DNA of 58,360 nucleotides, from the sequence record SRR22947725_830; one strand, given 5' to 3'. Every line of letters starts with the position of its first letter. Within the stretch, counting starts at the first letter, position 1. A model generated the notes under the pieces. That model saw only the letters and a program-made list of their open reading frames with translations. It had not been told where the DNA came from and ran no database searches. The translations under genes and the position numbers were made by a program. This document shows, in pieces, positions 47,754 to 56,993 of this stretch.

Positions 47754-48806
47754 CTATTTATTGAGGATAGAACCAATAAAAATATTTGTTTGACGGGGGT
47801 TTTTTGCATTTCTATTTGAAGAAAAAGTAATCTTTCCATTTTCTGATATTACTGGAAACGAATCAAATGTATCATTATTTGTTAATCTTTGAATTTTTAA
47901 AGATTCAATATGAATCATGTACAGTTCAAAATTACTTCCAAAAGCATTGTAATCATCTCTCCAGTCATCCTTGTTAGATGAAAAAATAATATGCTTTCCA
48001 TCTGGATGCCATGACGGAGACCAATTAGTAGCTCCATTATTTGTTAGTCTCTTTTTATTAGACCCATCTCGCTTAGCTACATAAATATCTAACGGTACAG
48101 CATCTATATATCGATTATTTAAATTTACAGACCATTTTTCTTTTTCTTCTTCGTTACTAGGATACCATGCACGCCATACAATACTATTACCATCAGGAGA
48201 ATAAAATGCGCCTCCATCATAACCAAATTCATCCGTAATACGTTTTAGATTTTTGCCATCATAATCCATTTCATAAAGATCTATATCACCTTCACGCATT
48301 GATGTAAAAATCACTTTTCTCTCTGATGGGTGCGTAGTTGTCTCGGCATTATACCCTGGAGCATCTGTTAGCTGTACTGCTGTCATACCATCCCACCTAT
48401 AAATCTCATAATTTCTTAAAGGCCAAATATACTTTCGAGGATTAGGATGTTTATAAATTTCTGGACATTGAGGTCCATCTTTCATTGTTGATGAGAAAAA
48501 AATAAATTCATTATCAAGCGCATAATGCGCACAAGTAAAAGCGCCGTCTTTGACTGGAAAATCTTTTAGGTTTTTACCGTCTACATCTACGATATATAGC
48601 TTATCACAATCATTGTCATCTCGCTTAGACTGAAAAACAATCTGTGACTCATCTTCGTTGAAATACCCTTCTCCGTTATCTCCGGTAAACGTTAATTGCT
48701 GTATATCTGAAATTATGAATGTCTTAGGTTGGTTACATGAGATAAAAAACAGTGAGAAAATTATGAGAGACTTATAATGGTGGTAGCTTTTCTTAAAACT
48801 GTACAT
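47754..48806 (-). CDS. TolB-like PD40/WD40 beta-propeller lipoprotein
   Basis: Lipobox FISC; QLTFTGDNGEGYF, GYDGGAFYSPDG, NWSPSWHPDG..IIFSSN, FDSFP. Confidence 0.85.
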   Translation of the reverse strand: MYSFKKSYHHYKSLIIFSLFFISCNQPKTFIISDIQQLTFTGDNGEGYFNEDESQIVFQSKRDDNDCDKLYIVDVDGKNLKDFPVKDGAFTCAHYALDNEFIFFSSTMKDGPQCPEIYKHPNPRKYIWPLRNYEIYRWDGMTAVQLTDAPGYNAETTTHPSERKVIFTSMREGDIDLYEMDYDGKNLKRITDEFGYDGGAFYSPDGNSIVWRAWYPSNEEEKEKWSVNLNNRYIDAVPLDIYVAKRDGSNKKRLTNNGATNWSPSWHPDGKHIIFSSNKDDWRDDYNAFGSNFELYMIHIESLKIQRLTNNDTFDSFPVISENGKITFSSNRNAKNPRQTNIFIGSILNK

Positions 48807-50025
48807 TTAACACTACTTCTTCTTCACCTCTAAGCACTGTTATTTCAGCTGTAGCGCTAGGTTCAATCATTGAGAATGCTTCCATGTATTTGTAAATATC
48901 TACAATTACCAGATCCTGTATTTTGATAACAATATCTCCATCAAGCATTCCTGCTGTTTTTCCAGGACGATTATCTATTGTACTTTCAATTTTAACACCT
49001 TTTCCATCATAAGAATAGTCTGGAATTACACCTAAGGTAACTTTCATTCTTGAGGGTGTTTGCATTGTTTGCTCTTGCTCGACAGATTTAAATACTAATC
49101 TATCTGAAGTATTAGCAAACTCTTCAACTATTCCTTCAACCATATTAGAAATAGATTTCATTCCATCGTAATTTATTTTGTCAGAATCGTCTGATGGCTT
49201 ATGATAATCTTCGTGCACTCCAGTAAAGAAAAAGAGTACGGGAATATCTTTTTTGTAGAAATTATAATGATCTGATCTGCTAAAAATACCTTCTCCTAAT
49301 TCAATGACATTTACATTATCTTCCATTAAGAACGGATGCAATCTTGAAGAAAAATTTTCTGCAGAAGCGGCACCACCAAGCTGAACATTATTCTCTTCCA
49401 TTCTACCAACCATATCTAAATTCACCATAAGATGCACTTTATCAAGATCAATAGTAGGATTATTTACAAAATGCTTGGAACCTAACAAACCTAATTCTTC
49501 ACCACCGAATGCCATAAAAACTAATGTTCTCTTATGATTGTTTGTTGCGGCAAATTTTTCAAAAAGCTCAATAACCATTGACGTGCCTGAAGCATTATCA
49601 TCAGCGCCATTATTTATCTTTCCGAGAGCATTTGCAGTAGTATCATAGTGCCCACCAATAACTACAAATTCGTCCTTCAATTTTTCGTCATTTCCAACCA
49701 AATAACCAATGACATTATAAGTTAAAACTTTATCTTTCTTCTGTCTACGGTCTTTGAATACATAATGTTCTTGTACTTCGATTTTTCCCTTATTTGGTGC
49801 TGCATCATAAAATCTTTGCTTGATATAACTAACAGCTATTTTATCGCCTTCAGTTCCTGCGCCTCGTCCTTGAAGTTCATCGGAGGATAAAAACTCTATA
49901 TGAGTCTTAAAATCCTCTATTGTTATATCGCTTTTTGTAGGTTTGATCTCTGGAGTAGTAACACTAGGCATATTGCTAGCGCATGATGCTAAAAATAAAA
50001 TAGATAGGTATAGTGTATTTTTCAT
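48793..50025 (-). CDS. M28 family metallopeptidase with C-terminal PDZ domain (lipoprotein)
   Basis: LASC lipobox; GHYD, GADDNASG, GEELGLLGS, NLDMVG, SDH, YH.PSD; LGVIPDY PDZ. Confidence 0.92.
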   Translation of the reverse strand: MKNTLYLSILFLASCASNMPSVTTPEIKPTKSDITIEDFKTHIEFLSSDELQGRGAGTEGDKIAVSYIKQRFYDAAPNKGKIEVQEHYVFKDRRQKKDKVLTYNVIGYLVGNDEKLKDEFVVIGGHYDTTANALGKINNGADDNASGTSMVIELFEKFAATNNHKRTLVFMAFGGEELGLLGSKHFVNNPTIDLDKVHLMVNLDMVGRMEENNVQLGGAASAENFSSRLHPFLMEDNVNVIELGEGIFSRSDHYNFYKKDIPVLFFFTGVHEDYHKPSDDSDKINYDGMKSISNMVEGIVEEFANTSDRLVFKSVEQEQTMQTPSRMKVTLGVIPDYSYDGKGVKIESTIDNRPGKTAGMLDGDIVIKIQDLVIVDIYKYMEAFSMIEPSATAEITVLRGEEEVVLNVQF

Positions 50026-50044
50026 AATTAAAAACTATGACAAA

Positions 50045-50662
50045 TTAGAATAGATATCCAATCAAAAGATAGCTTAAGGCAAATATAGCAGTTAAGATGA
50101 TAATAAAGGTATTGAAGTGCTTGTCCATCATTTTTTTAATTGGATCTCCAAAAAAACGAATTAATAATCCGATAATTACAAAACGACCTCCCCTACCTAA
50201 AATTGAAGCAAGTATGAAAGTTGGAAGATTAATTTGAAAGACCCCAGCTGTTATAGAAAAAACTTTATATGGGATTGGGGTAAATGCTGCTGTAAAAATT
50301 ACAAGAAAATTATGCGCATCATACTGAGTACCTACATTATCAAATACTTCTGTTGTAAACCCTGGAATAACTCTAAAAAAGAAATTAGCAACACCTGTCA
50401 ATTCACCTGAAGGTGTATACCAAAGAAAATAACCAATAATAAAACCAAAAATTCCTCCTAAGACTGAACCTAGGGTGCACATAAAAACATAATACATTGA
50501 ACGCTTAACTTTGCCTAAGCACAAAGCCATTAGTAATGGATCAGCAGGAACAGGGAAAAATGAAGATTCAGCGAAAGCAACAAAGAATAATACTGCTGTG
50601 CCATAAGCACTTTCAGCCCATGATAATACCCATTGATATAAATTTTTTAACGGATTATTCAA
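50045..50662 (-). CDS. YqaA/DedA (VTT domain) membrane protein
   Basis: AESSFFPVPAD, GSVLGG, FTPIPYKVF.I.AG, GRGGRF. Confidence 0.9.
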   Translation of the reverse strand: MNNPLKNLYQWVLSWAESAYGTAVLFFVAFAESSFFPVPADPLLMALCLGKVKRSMYYVFMCTLGSVLGGIFGFIIGYFLWYTPSGELTGVANFFFRVIPGFTTEVFDNVGTQYDAHNFLVIFTAAFTPIPYKVFSITAGVFQINLPTFILASILGRGGRFVIIGLLIRFFGDPIKKMMDKHFNTFIIILTAIFALSYLLIGYLF

Positions 50663-50665
50663 TAT

Positions 50666-53600
50666 TTATCTTAGTCTTAGCATCTTGATAGCTTTAATAA
50701 ACTGACCACCATTTGGATTTGCCGGAGTGTACATTTGACAGAAGTATACCCCAGAACTAACTGTATCACCATTATCATTTGTTCCATCCCAAACTACTGA
50801 TTTATAACCAGAGCCCTGCTCTTCATCTACTAAAGTAGTAACAAGCTGCCCTTTAATATTAAAGACTCTTAAAACAACATACTGAGGTGATGGAACATCA
50901 TATTCTAATGTTGTAAATGTCGTAAATGGATTTGGATAATTTTGCTTTAATTCTAACACATCTGGTATTAAAGCTCTACCATCAATCTTTAAATTACCAA
51001 TAGATCCAGATACTGCTTGTTGAAAAGACTGTCCATCAGTAGATATGACTGACCATGAACCTTCAGAAACATTAACAGTATCAGTTTGTGCTACTAGATC
51101 TTTTAAGGCCCAAGCTATTGAAGTATCTTGAGTCCAAGTATTCATACTTAAAAACTCTAAGTCATCATAACCTATCATACGATATTCAATCGTATCTCCA
51201 TCTACATCAGCAGACTCCTCCCACACAAAACGTAGTGAGTCATTTTGATTTTCTGGAGTAATAAATAAGTATTCATTCGATAAAAATGCGCCAGAACCAT
51301 CAATAGTATTGAATAAATATTCTCCGCTAGCCGTAAAAGATCCGGGTGTATCATTTACTGGCAACACTGTTGCATTAAATGATACTCTAGTAGAATCAAT
51401 ACCTCCATCTGCTGTACCACCATCATCTCGCACGGTAACATATACTACAGAAGATCCATTGCTGTCTGCGCTAGGGGCTAAATCAAGAATGAATTGGCCG
51501 GTAGAAGGATTATTGACCACTAATGATGGAAATATAGCTGTGTTCTCAGCATATGCTGTCACGGTAACATTTTGAGCGTTAACATCGGCTCCGTAATTTA
51601 CTCCGGTGAGCTGTATACCTAAATTAGCATCTTCGTTGATTTGAACATCTGACACTGTATCAATATTTGGTGGTGCATTAATAAATGTTACTGGCTGAAT
51701 TTGGTATTCAGAAGAAAACTGACTTTCTTCGCCTTGGCTATTAACCGCAGATAATTTATAGTAATATGTTTTAGTTGTATCCAAGTTATCATCGATAAAT
51801 CCTGAAGTTGGATAGTTGACTGTTGCAATTAAATTACTAGAAGTTGGAGTAAATAAAGCTTCTTCTGATCTATAAATTCTTACTTGAGAGCTTGTATCGT
51901 CACTAAGAGTCCAATTAAATGAAATTGTTCCATCCTGAGGAATTTCATAAGAAATATTTTCAGGTGCATCTGGTGCAGTATCATCAAATGTAGGATTTAA
52001 AATATATAAACCTTCATCTATACCAGTTACAACAACTGTACCGCTATTGTAATAAGGATAATTACTCCAGGTTCCATCAAATGATGAATTATTATTAGAT
52101 GGATAAACATCAAAATATGCTTCTTCGATTGGATTATTTATATCAGAAATATCAAGAATGCGTAATCCACTAGTATAATGTGACATATAAACATAATTGC
52201 CAATAACATAGTTATTATGGTCAATAGATGGTGTTGGACCAGTATAAGTTGTTTGGAGTGTTGGATTACTTAAATCTTCTACATTCCAAATTAAAGTTCT
52301 GGTATTTCCAAATCCTCCATTATACTCATCAAGCTCATCATTAACGATAAAATATTTATGGTCTTCTGTTAACCATCCTTGGTGGGTATAATAATTGTCA
52401 TAACTACCCAATCCTATTGTTTTAGCTCCACTAGAATCATCAGACTTAGTGCTTAAATCAGCAATCCAAACATTGGTTTCATTAGAACCAAAACAAATTT
52501 CTTTTCCGACGTACTGAGAGTCTGGTCCATTATAAACAACGCACTGTACATCATGAACATACCCTGTATTACTTCTACCAGTTGAGGGATCAGATACACA
52601 AGCTGACTTTGATGGCAGAGTTGGTGTTGAAATATCTACAATATGTAATCCACCTGGACCACAAGTACTAGTACCGATGGCATAAGCAAAGCCTGTATCT
52701 TCATTAATAAAAATGTTATGTGCATTACCGAATTCGGCGTAGTGAGCGGTCTCAGAAAATGTGATGGGCGAACTATTAAAAGTTCGTAATATTGTTAAAT
52801 CAAAAACTTGCATTCCATGTCCACTAGCCTCAGAAACAATAAATGCATGATTATTGTATACTTTAATATCGCGCCATGTAGAATTACTACTATGCGTTGC
52901 TAATCTTCCGATATAAATAGGATTATCTGGTGAAGTAACATCCACAAAAGATGTACCATTACTCATTCCAACAATTGCATACTCTTTATTTGTAACAGAA
53001 TCCGTCCAACCCCATATATCATTTAAACTGGTGGTATTTCCTCCACCAATTTCAGTTTTATCCATGAATGACATCAAATCAATATTATTACATTCATAAG
53101 ACCCTGCAGTGCCTCCAGTACATTCTACTTTACTAGTAATAGATTGAATTGGACCTTTGGTTGATAAATTTTGAAAAGATTGTCTACTGGTTGATAGATT
53201 ATTATACAATACTAGCTCATCAGCATAATATGCATCTGTAATGAGAGCATCATCAATTAAAGCAACATTTCTACCAAAATAATGCGAACTATCGTAATTA
53301 TTGTTTTCAATCACATCATTTAAAATAAATCTGTTATTTAATTCGTTTTTATTATAAACATATAAATCAGACTGATTAAATGTGCTTATTATTAGTTGAT
53401 TATTTAGCTCGCTAAATCGATATCCAAAATAACTATTTTCTATTAAATCTGTTGGTTGAATAGTGTAGAAATTTGTCCAAGGAATGTCATCTGTTTTACT
53501 ATTTGAATCTATATAAGGATAAACAAATACCTTTCCTTGTCCATTGCTATGATTAAGAGCTGATATATATATACTTGAATCTCCAACATAAACAGATTGA

Positions 53601-54400
53601 CCGAAACGCATTTTAAGATTGTTGCTTTGATCTTCTTGCTGCGGAGATATAATGTTAGTGCCAGAAGTAATTCCATTTTTAAACTCAACTAGATGAACAA
53701 AATCTTTTAATGACCCAATAAGGAGTTTGTTATTATTGAAAGACATGGTTACGCCAAACCCAAATTTCTCTGGACCAGCAGCATAACACCCTTCAACATC
53801 ACCTAATTTTCGAACATCTACCTCTTTAAATGGAATTGTTCTTGCATTACTGAAATTTTCAGACTCGGGATTAAAATCATATATAAATACGGTTCCGTCA
53901 TTAAAGAAAGGTGAAGCAATGGCAATATATTTATCATTTAAAGCAACGTTATATCCAAATTTTTGAGACTGACTTGGGTCCGTTGTTGCGTTAGGATTTT
54001 CAAATGTTTTTACAACAATCCATTCACCTGAATAGTCTTTACGATATAAATAAACTACACCATTACCATTATCAGATCCTGGAGCTCCTATAAGAAGATA
54101 ATCATTATGTATTGCCATGCTAAAACCAAAATCATCTCCGGACAACGGATTTGGTGATTTTAACTCTGCGGTTTTTTCCATCGAATCAACACCACTATAC
54201 AATTCATAAATATCTACTGTTCTTGAACTAAGCGATGAAAAAGTTTTAGCGGTAACTAAAAAGTCATCTGATATTGCAATAGGAATATATCTTCCTCTAC
54301 TTAACATTTCAGCAGAATGGCTTTTTGTACCAGCGGATGCAAATATACTATTTATAAGGAGTAATGAAAGTACTAGATATGTTGAGATTTTTCTTAGCAT
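50666..54400 (-). CDS. Choice-of-anchor B family secreted protein with FG-GAP propeller, FN3/Ig domains and FlgD-Ig/T9SS-type C-terminal domain
   Basis: FG..GAP repeats; NDIWGWTD...EYA, WRDIK, AHNI.INE.TG, YTHQGWLT, DELDE, HYTSGLR, GTWS.YPY; QNYPNPF...WDG..D.G..VSSGVYF. Confidence 0.9.
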   Translation of the reverse strand: MLRKISTYLVLSLLLINSIFASAGTKSHSAEMLSRGRYIPIAISDDFLVTAKTFSSLSSRTVDIYELYSGVDSMEKTAELKSPNPLSGDDFGFSMAIHNDYLLIGAPGSDNGNGVVYLYRKDYSGEWIVVKTFENPNATTDPSQSQKFGYNVALNDKYIAIASPFFNDGTVFIYDFNPESENFSNARTIPFKEVDVRKLGDVEGCYAAGPEKFGFGVTMSFNNNKLLIGSLKDFVHLVEFKNGITSGTNIISPQQEDQSNNLKMRFGQSVYVGDSSIYISALNHSNGQGKVFVYPYIDSNSKTDDIPWTNFYTIQPTDLIENSYFGYRFSELNNQLIISTFNQSDLYVYNKNELNNRFILNDVIENNNYDSSHYFGRNVALIDDALITDAYYADELVLYNNLSTSRQSFQNLSTKGPIQSITSKVECTGGTAGSYECNNIDLMSFMDKTEIGGGNTTSLNDIWGWTDSVTNKEYAIVGMSNGTSFVDVTSPDNPIYIGRLATHSSNSTWRDIKVYNNHAFIVSEASGHGMQVFDLTILRTFNSSPITFSETAHYAEFGNAHNIFINEDTGFAYAIGTSTCGPGGLHIVDISTPTLPSKSACVSDPSTGRSNTGYVHDVQCVVYNGPDSQYVGKEICFGSNETNVWIADLSTKSDDSSGAKTIGLGSYDNYYTHQGWLTEDHKYFIVNDELDEYNGGFGNTRTLIWNVEDLSNPTLQTTYTGPTPSIDHNNYVIGNYVYMSHYTSGLRILDISDINNPIEEAYFDVYPSNNNSSFDGTWSNYPYYNSGTVVVTGIDEGLYILNPTFDDTAPDAPENISYEIPQDGTISFNWTLSDDTSSQVRIYRSEEALFTPTSSNLIATVNYPTSGFIDDNLDTTKTYYYKLSAVNSQGEESQFSSEYQIQPVTFINAPPNIDTVSDVQINEDANLGIQLTGVNYGADVNAQNVTVTAYAENTAIFPSLVVNNPSTGQFILDLAPSADSNGSSVVYVTVRDDGGTADGGIDSTRVSFNATVLPVNDTPGSFTASGEYLFNTIDGSGAFLSNEYLFITPENQNDSLRFVWEESADVDGDTIEYRMIGYDDLEFLSMNTWTQDTSIAWALKDLVAQTDTVNVSEGSWSVISTDGQSFQQAVSGSIGNLKIDGRALIPDVLELKQNYPNPFTTFTTLEYDVPSPQYVVLRVFNIKGQLVTTLVDEEQGSGYKSVVWDGTNDNGDTVSSGVYFCQMYTPANPNGGQFIKAIKMLRLR

Positions 54401-54447
54401 AATTATTGATATAAAGTATAAGAAGAAATCTGAAAAATAAGAAGGTG

Positions 54448-55038
54448 TTAATTGTCTATTTCTAAATCAATCTCTTTTGCTTGATCTAAATTATCATCTA
54501 AGAACAATGATTTGTCAATCGCCGTAAAAAATTCTTTAAAGAATTCCATAGAACGCTCTCTCTTACCGCCTCCAAAATTTACTCTCAATGATGATAGGGG
54601 TTCAGTTTCTGAAATAGCTTTTACTGTAAGTGTAGCTGTAAGCTTATAATCCTTTACAACAGTTGTGGTGCCACCACCTCCACCAGAAGATCCTTTGTCA
54701 TCATCTCCATCAGAATTAAATGCCCACCAAATAATAGCAACAAGTGCAAGTGCTTGTAATGCTTTGTCAGCATCCGATTTTTTTTTCTCTTTAGGCTTTT
54801 CTACTTTACTAGCTGTAATTAAACCGAATTCTTCACTAATAGTATCAATTGTAAATCCAAGATCTTGAAACGTTCCAATAGAAGACTGCATTAATGATTT
54901 TGTATCAACAGCGTATTCTCTTGTTTCAACAGCGCGTTGTGCTGCTACAGTTTTTTTCTTTGAAGAGCTAGAAGAACTACAACTAACCAATAAGAAGTTT
55001 GCAGCAATAAATAGTGAAAATATTTGTTTTTTTGACAC
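54448..55038 (-). CDS. Hypothetical lipoprotein (paralog of 55042-55545)
   Basis: LLVSC lipobox; RAVETREY, FQDLGFTID, GLITAS, FFTAIDKSLFLD. Confidence 0.75.
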   Translation of the reverse strand: MSKKQIFSLFIAANFLLVSCSSSSSSKKKTVAAQRAVETREYAVDTKSLMQSSIGTFQDLGFTIDTISEEFGLITASKVEKPKEKKKSDADKALQALALVAIIWWAFNSDGDDDKGSSGGGGGTTTVVKDYKLTATLTVKAISETEPLSSLRVNFGGGKRERSMEFFKEFFTAIDKSLFLDDNLDQAKEIDLEIDN

Positions 55039-55041
55039 TAA

Positions 55042-55545
55042 CTACTCTTCCGTCGCTGTGTCTAAAAAAAGAGATTGATCTAATGCAGCAAAAAAAGATC
55101 TGAAAAATAAGTCGGAGTATCTTTTTCCGCCACTTTCAAAATTTATTCTCAATGATGAAATTAGAGGATCGGAAGAAATTTCTTTAACTGTAATAGTCGC
55201 TGATAGCTTTAATGGCGTAATTACTATATCATCAGAACGATTATCAAACCCAAAAAGTCCTGCTACTATATCGTTCAAGACAGTGCCGTCATTCACTTCA
55301 GTTGTTTGTGTTCCTTGGGTTCTACTCCCAGTAATTAATCCATAATCACTGTTTAGGACATCAATGGTATAACCAAGATCTTGAAAGGCACCTACTGATG
55401 CAGTTATTAATGCTTTAGTATCAACGTTATATTCTCTTGTTTCGATAGCTCGCTTTACAGCGGTAGTACGGTCAGACATACCTGATCCGCATCCTACTAA
55501 TAAAAAGCTAGTGGTTAAAAAAAGAGGGAGAAAGATATTTTTCAT
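55042..55545 (-). CDS. Hypothetical lipoprotein
   Basis: LLVGC lipobox; RAIETREY, FQDLGYTID, GLITGS, FFAALDQSLFLD. Confidence 0.75.
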   Translation of the reverse strand: MKNIFLPLFLTTSFLLVGCGSGMSDRTTAVKRAIETREYNVDTKALITASVGAFQDLGYTIDVLNSDYGLITGSRTQGTQTTEVNDGTVLNDIVAGLFGFDNRSDDIVITPLKLSATITVKEISSDPLISSLRINFESGGKRYSDLFFRSFFAALDQSLFLDTATEE

Positions 55546-55950
55546 TTAGTATTTAATGCTTTGATATTTATAGCTAGAAACCACACCATCTGCATTGAAT
55601 TTAACGATTAATGTTAAATTTTTACTTGTAGTAGAGTTCTTGCTTCGTCCACCACCAAAAATACCAAAAAAGTTTCCACTTGAACCTGCTCCTGCTCCTG
55701 AAATACTAGAAGATTCAGATTCTTGAGACACCTTATCATAAGTCCAAGCTTCCCCGCCACCTTGCGTGCTAGTCACTAGATTTGGAGATCCTAATAAACT
55801 CACTACTTGCGATGAACTCATTCCCTCTGAAAGTTGAGATTGAACTTTACCTAATGTAAAATCATTAGATTCAGCGGATGCAGTTGGCGCATTCATAGCG
55901 CAAGAGAAAACAAAAAGACTTGATAAAGCTAATATTTGAAAATGTTTCAT
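55546..55950 (-). CDS. SmpA/OmlA (BamE/OsmE)-like lipoprotein
   Basis: FVFSC lipobox; GMS..QV..LLGSPN, EAW.YDK, L.VKF..DGVV. Confidence 0.75.
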   Translation of the reverse strand: MKHFQILALSSLFVFSCAMNAPTASAESNDFTLGKVQSQLSEGMSSSQVVSLLGSPNLVTSTQGGGEAWTYDKVSQESESSSISGAGAGSSGNFFGIFGGGRSKNSTTSKNLTLIVKFNADGVVSSYKYQSIKY

Positions 55951-55987
55951 ATTATCTACCTTTATAGTTGTTGTTTGTATATAGTTA

Positions 55988-56016
55988 TATACGTCTTAGT
56001 ATGTAAATATGTTTCC
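55988..56016 (-). promoter_or_regulatory. Putative ECF-sigma promoter GGAAAC-N17-CGTATA
   Basis: AAC...CGT ECF signature ~40 bp upstream of the lipoprotein operon. Confidence 0.5.
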
Positions 56017-56073
56017 ATCAAAATAAATAAAAAAGAATAGAACTACAATAACAACTAATTATAAATATTACTA

Positions 56074-56940
56074 TTAAATAGAGTTTAGAGTGTCTTGATA
56101 AAGACTCATAATAAACTTAGTATTATCACCAACTAATCCATCACCAATGAGGTTACCCTGAATAGATACGACGGGTATAACATCTCGATTCGCTGATGCA
56201 ATAAATGCTTCTTTACATTTTAAGACTTTATCAATCGAAAGATCTGATTCTTCAATACTTAACTGTTGATTTTTTAGAATATCTAATAGAACTAATCGAG
56301 TTACGCTTCTAAGTATTCTTCCATCTGCAGGTGAAGTAAGAATCGTTCCATCATCCATTATACAAAAGAAAGAAAAAGTAGTCCCTTCTAAAACCATATT
56401 ATCGCTAGTATACAGCGCTTCATCATAGTTAGTCCCCCTTACCACTGCATTCTGCGCTTTTAATCCGCCAAAATAGGTGAATGGGGTCTTTAGCTCACCA
56501 TCGGGCCTCTCATACTCAAATAAACCCAGTGAAATTCCCTTTTCATAAGATTTAGATGAATAAAGCTTAGCGGGAGTTATAATAATAAAAAGGTCCACAG
56601 GCATATCTGTAATGAGAGCAGAGCTATCTATTGGGGATGTACCTGCTAGTAAAATCATAATATTACATTCAATCTCATCAAATCTATTTTGATTTAATGT
56701 ATCTTGAACTAATGACCTAATCTCTTCTTTAGATTGTCTTACAATCATATTCATCGATTTGGCATTTCCTAGTACTCTATTTAGATGATGATCTAAAAAT
56801 ACAGGCTTTCCTTTATTTACGGTTTTTAGAAATGTAAATACTTGATACCCTCTAACAATACTTAAGAAGTTGTCTATAATATTTAGATTTACTTCATTGG
56901 TGGGTATAAATTTGTCTCTTGCGTAAGAAATATGTTTCAT
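56074..56940 (-). CDS. Aminotransferase class IV (D-amino-acid/BCAT/ADC-lyase family)
   Basis: RGY.VF, LDHHL.R, catalytic K in ELKTP, LEGTTFSFF, IL.SVTR, EAFIAS, V.PV; likely ATG 56940. Confidence 0.88.
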   Translation of the reverse strand: MKHISYARDKFIPTNEVNLNIIDNFLSIVRGYQVFTFLKTVNKGKPVFLDHHLNRVLGNAKSMNMIVRQSKEEIRSLVQDTLNQNRFDEIECNIMILLAGTSPIDSSALITDMPVDLFIIITPAKLYSSKSYEKGISLGLFEYERPDGELKTPFTYFGGLKAQNAVVRGTNYDEALYTSDNMVLEGTTFSFFCIMDDGTILTSPADGRILRSVTRLVLLDILKNQQLSIEESDLSIDKVLKCKEAFIASANRDVIPVVSIQGNLIGDGLVGDNTKFIMSLYQDTLNSI

Positions 56941-56993
56941 AATTGTCACTTAATTTATCTAAAAATATAATTTATAATGATGTATATTTATAA

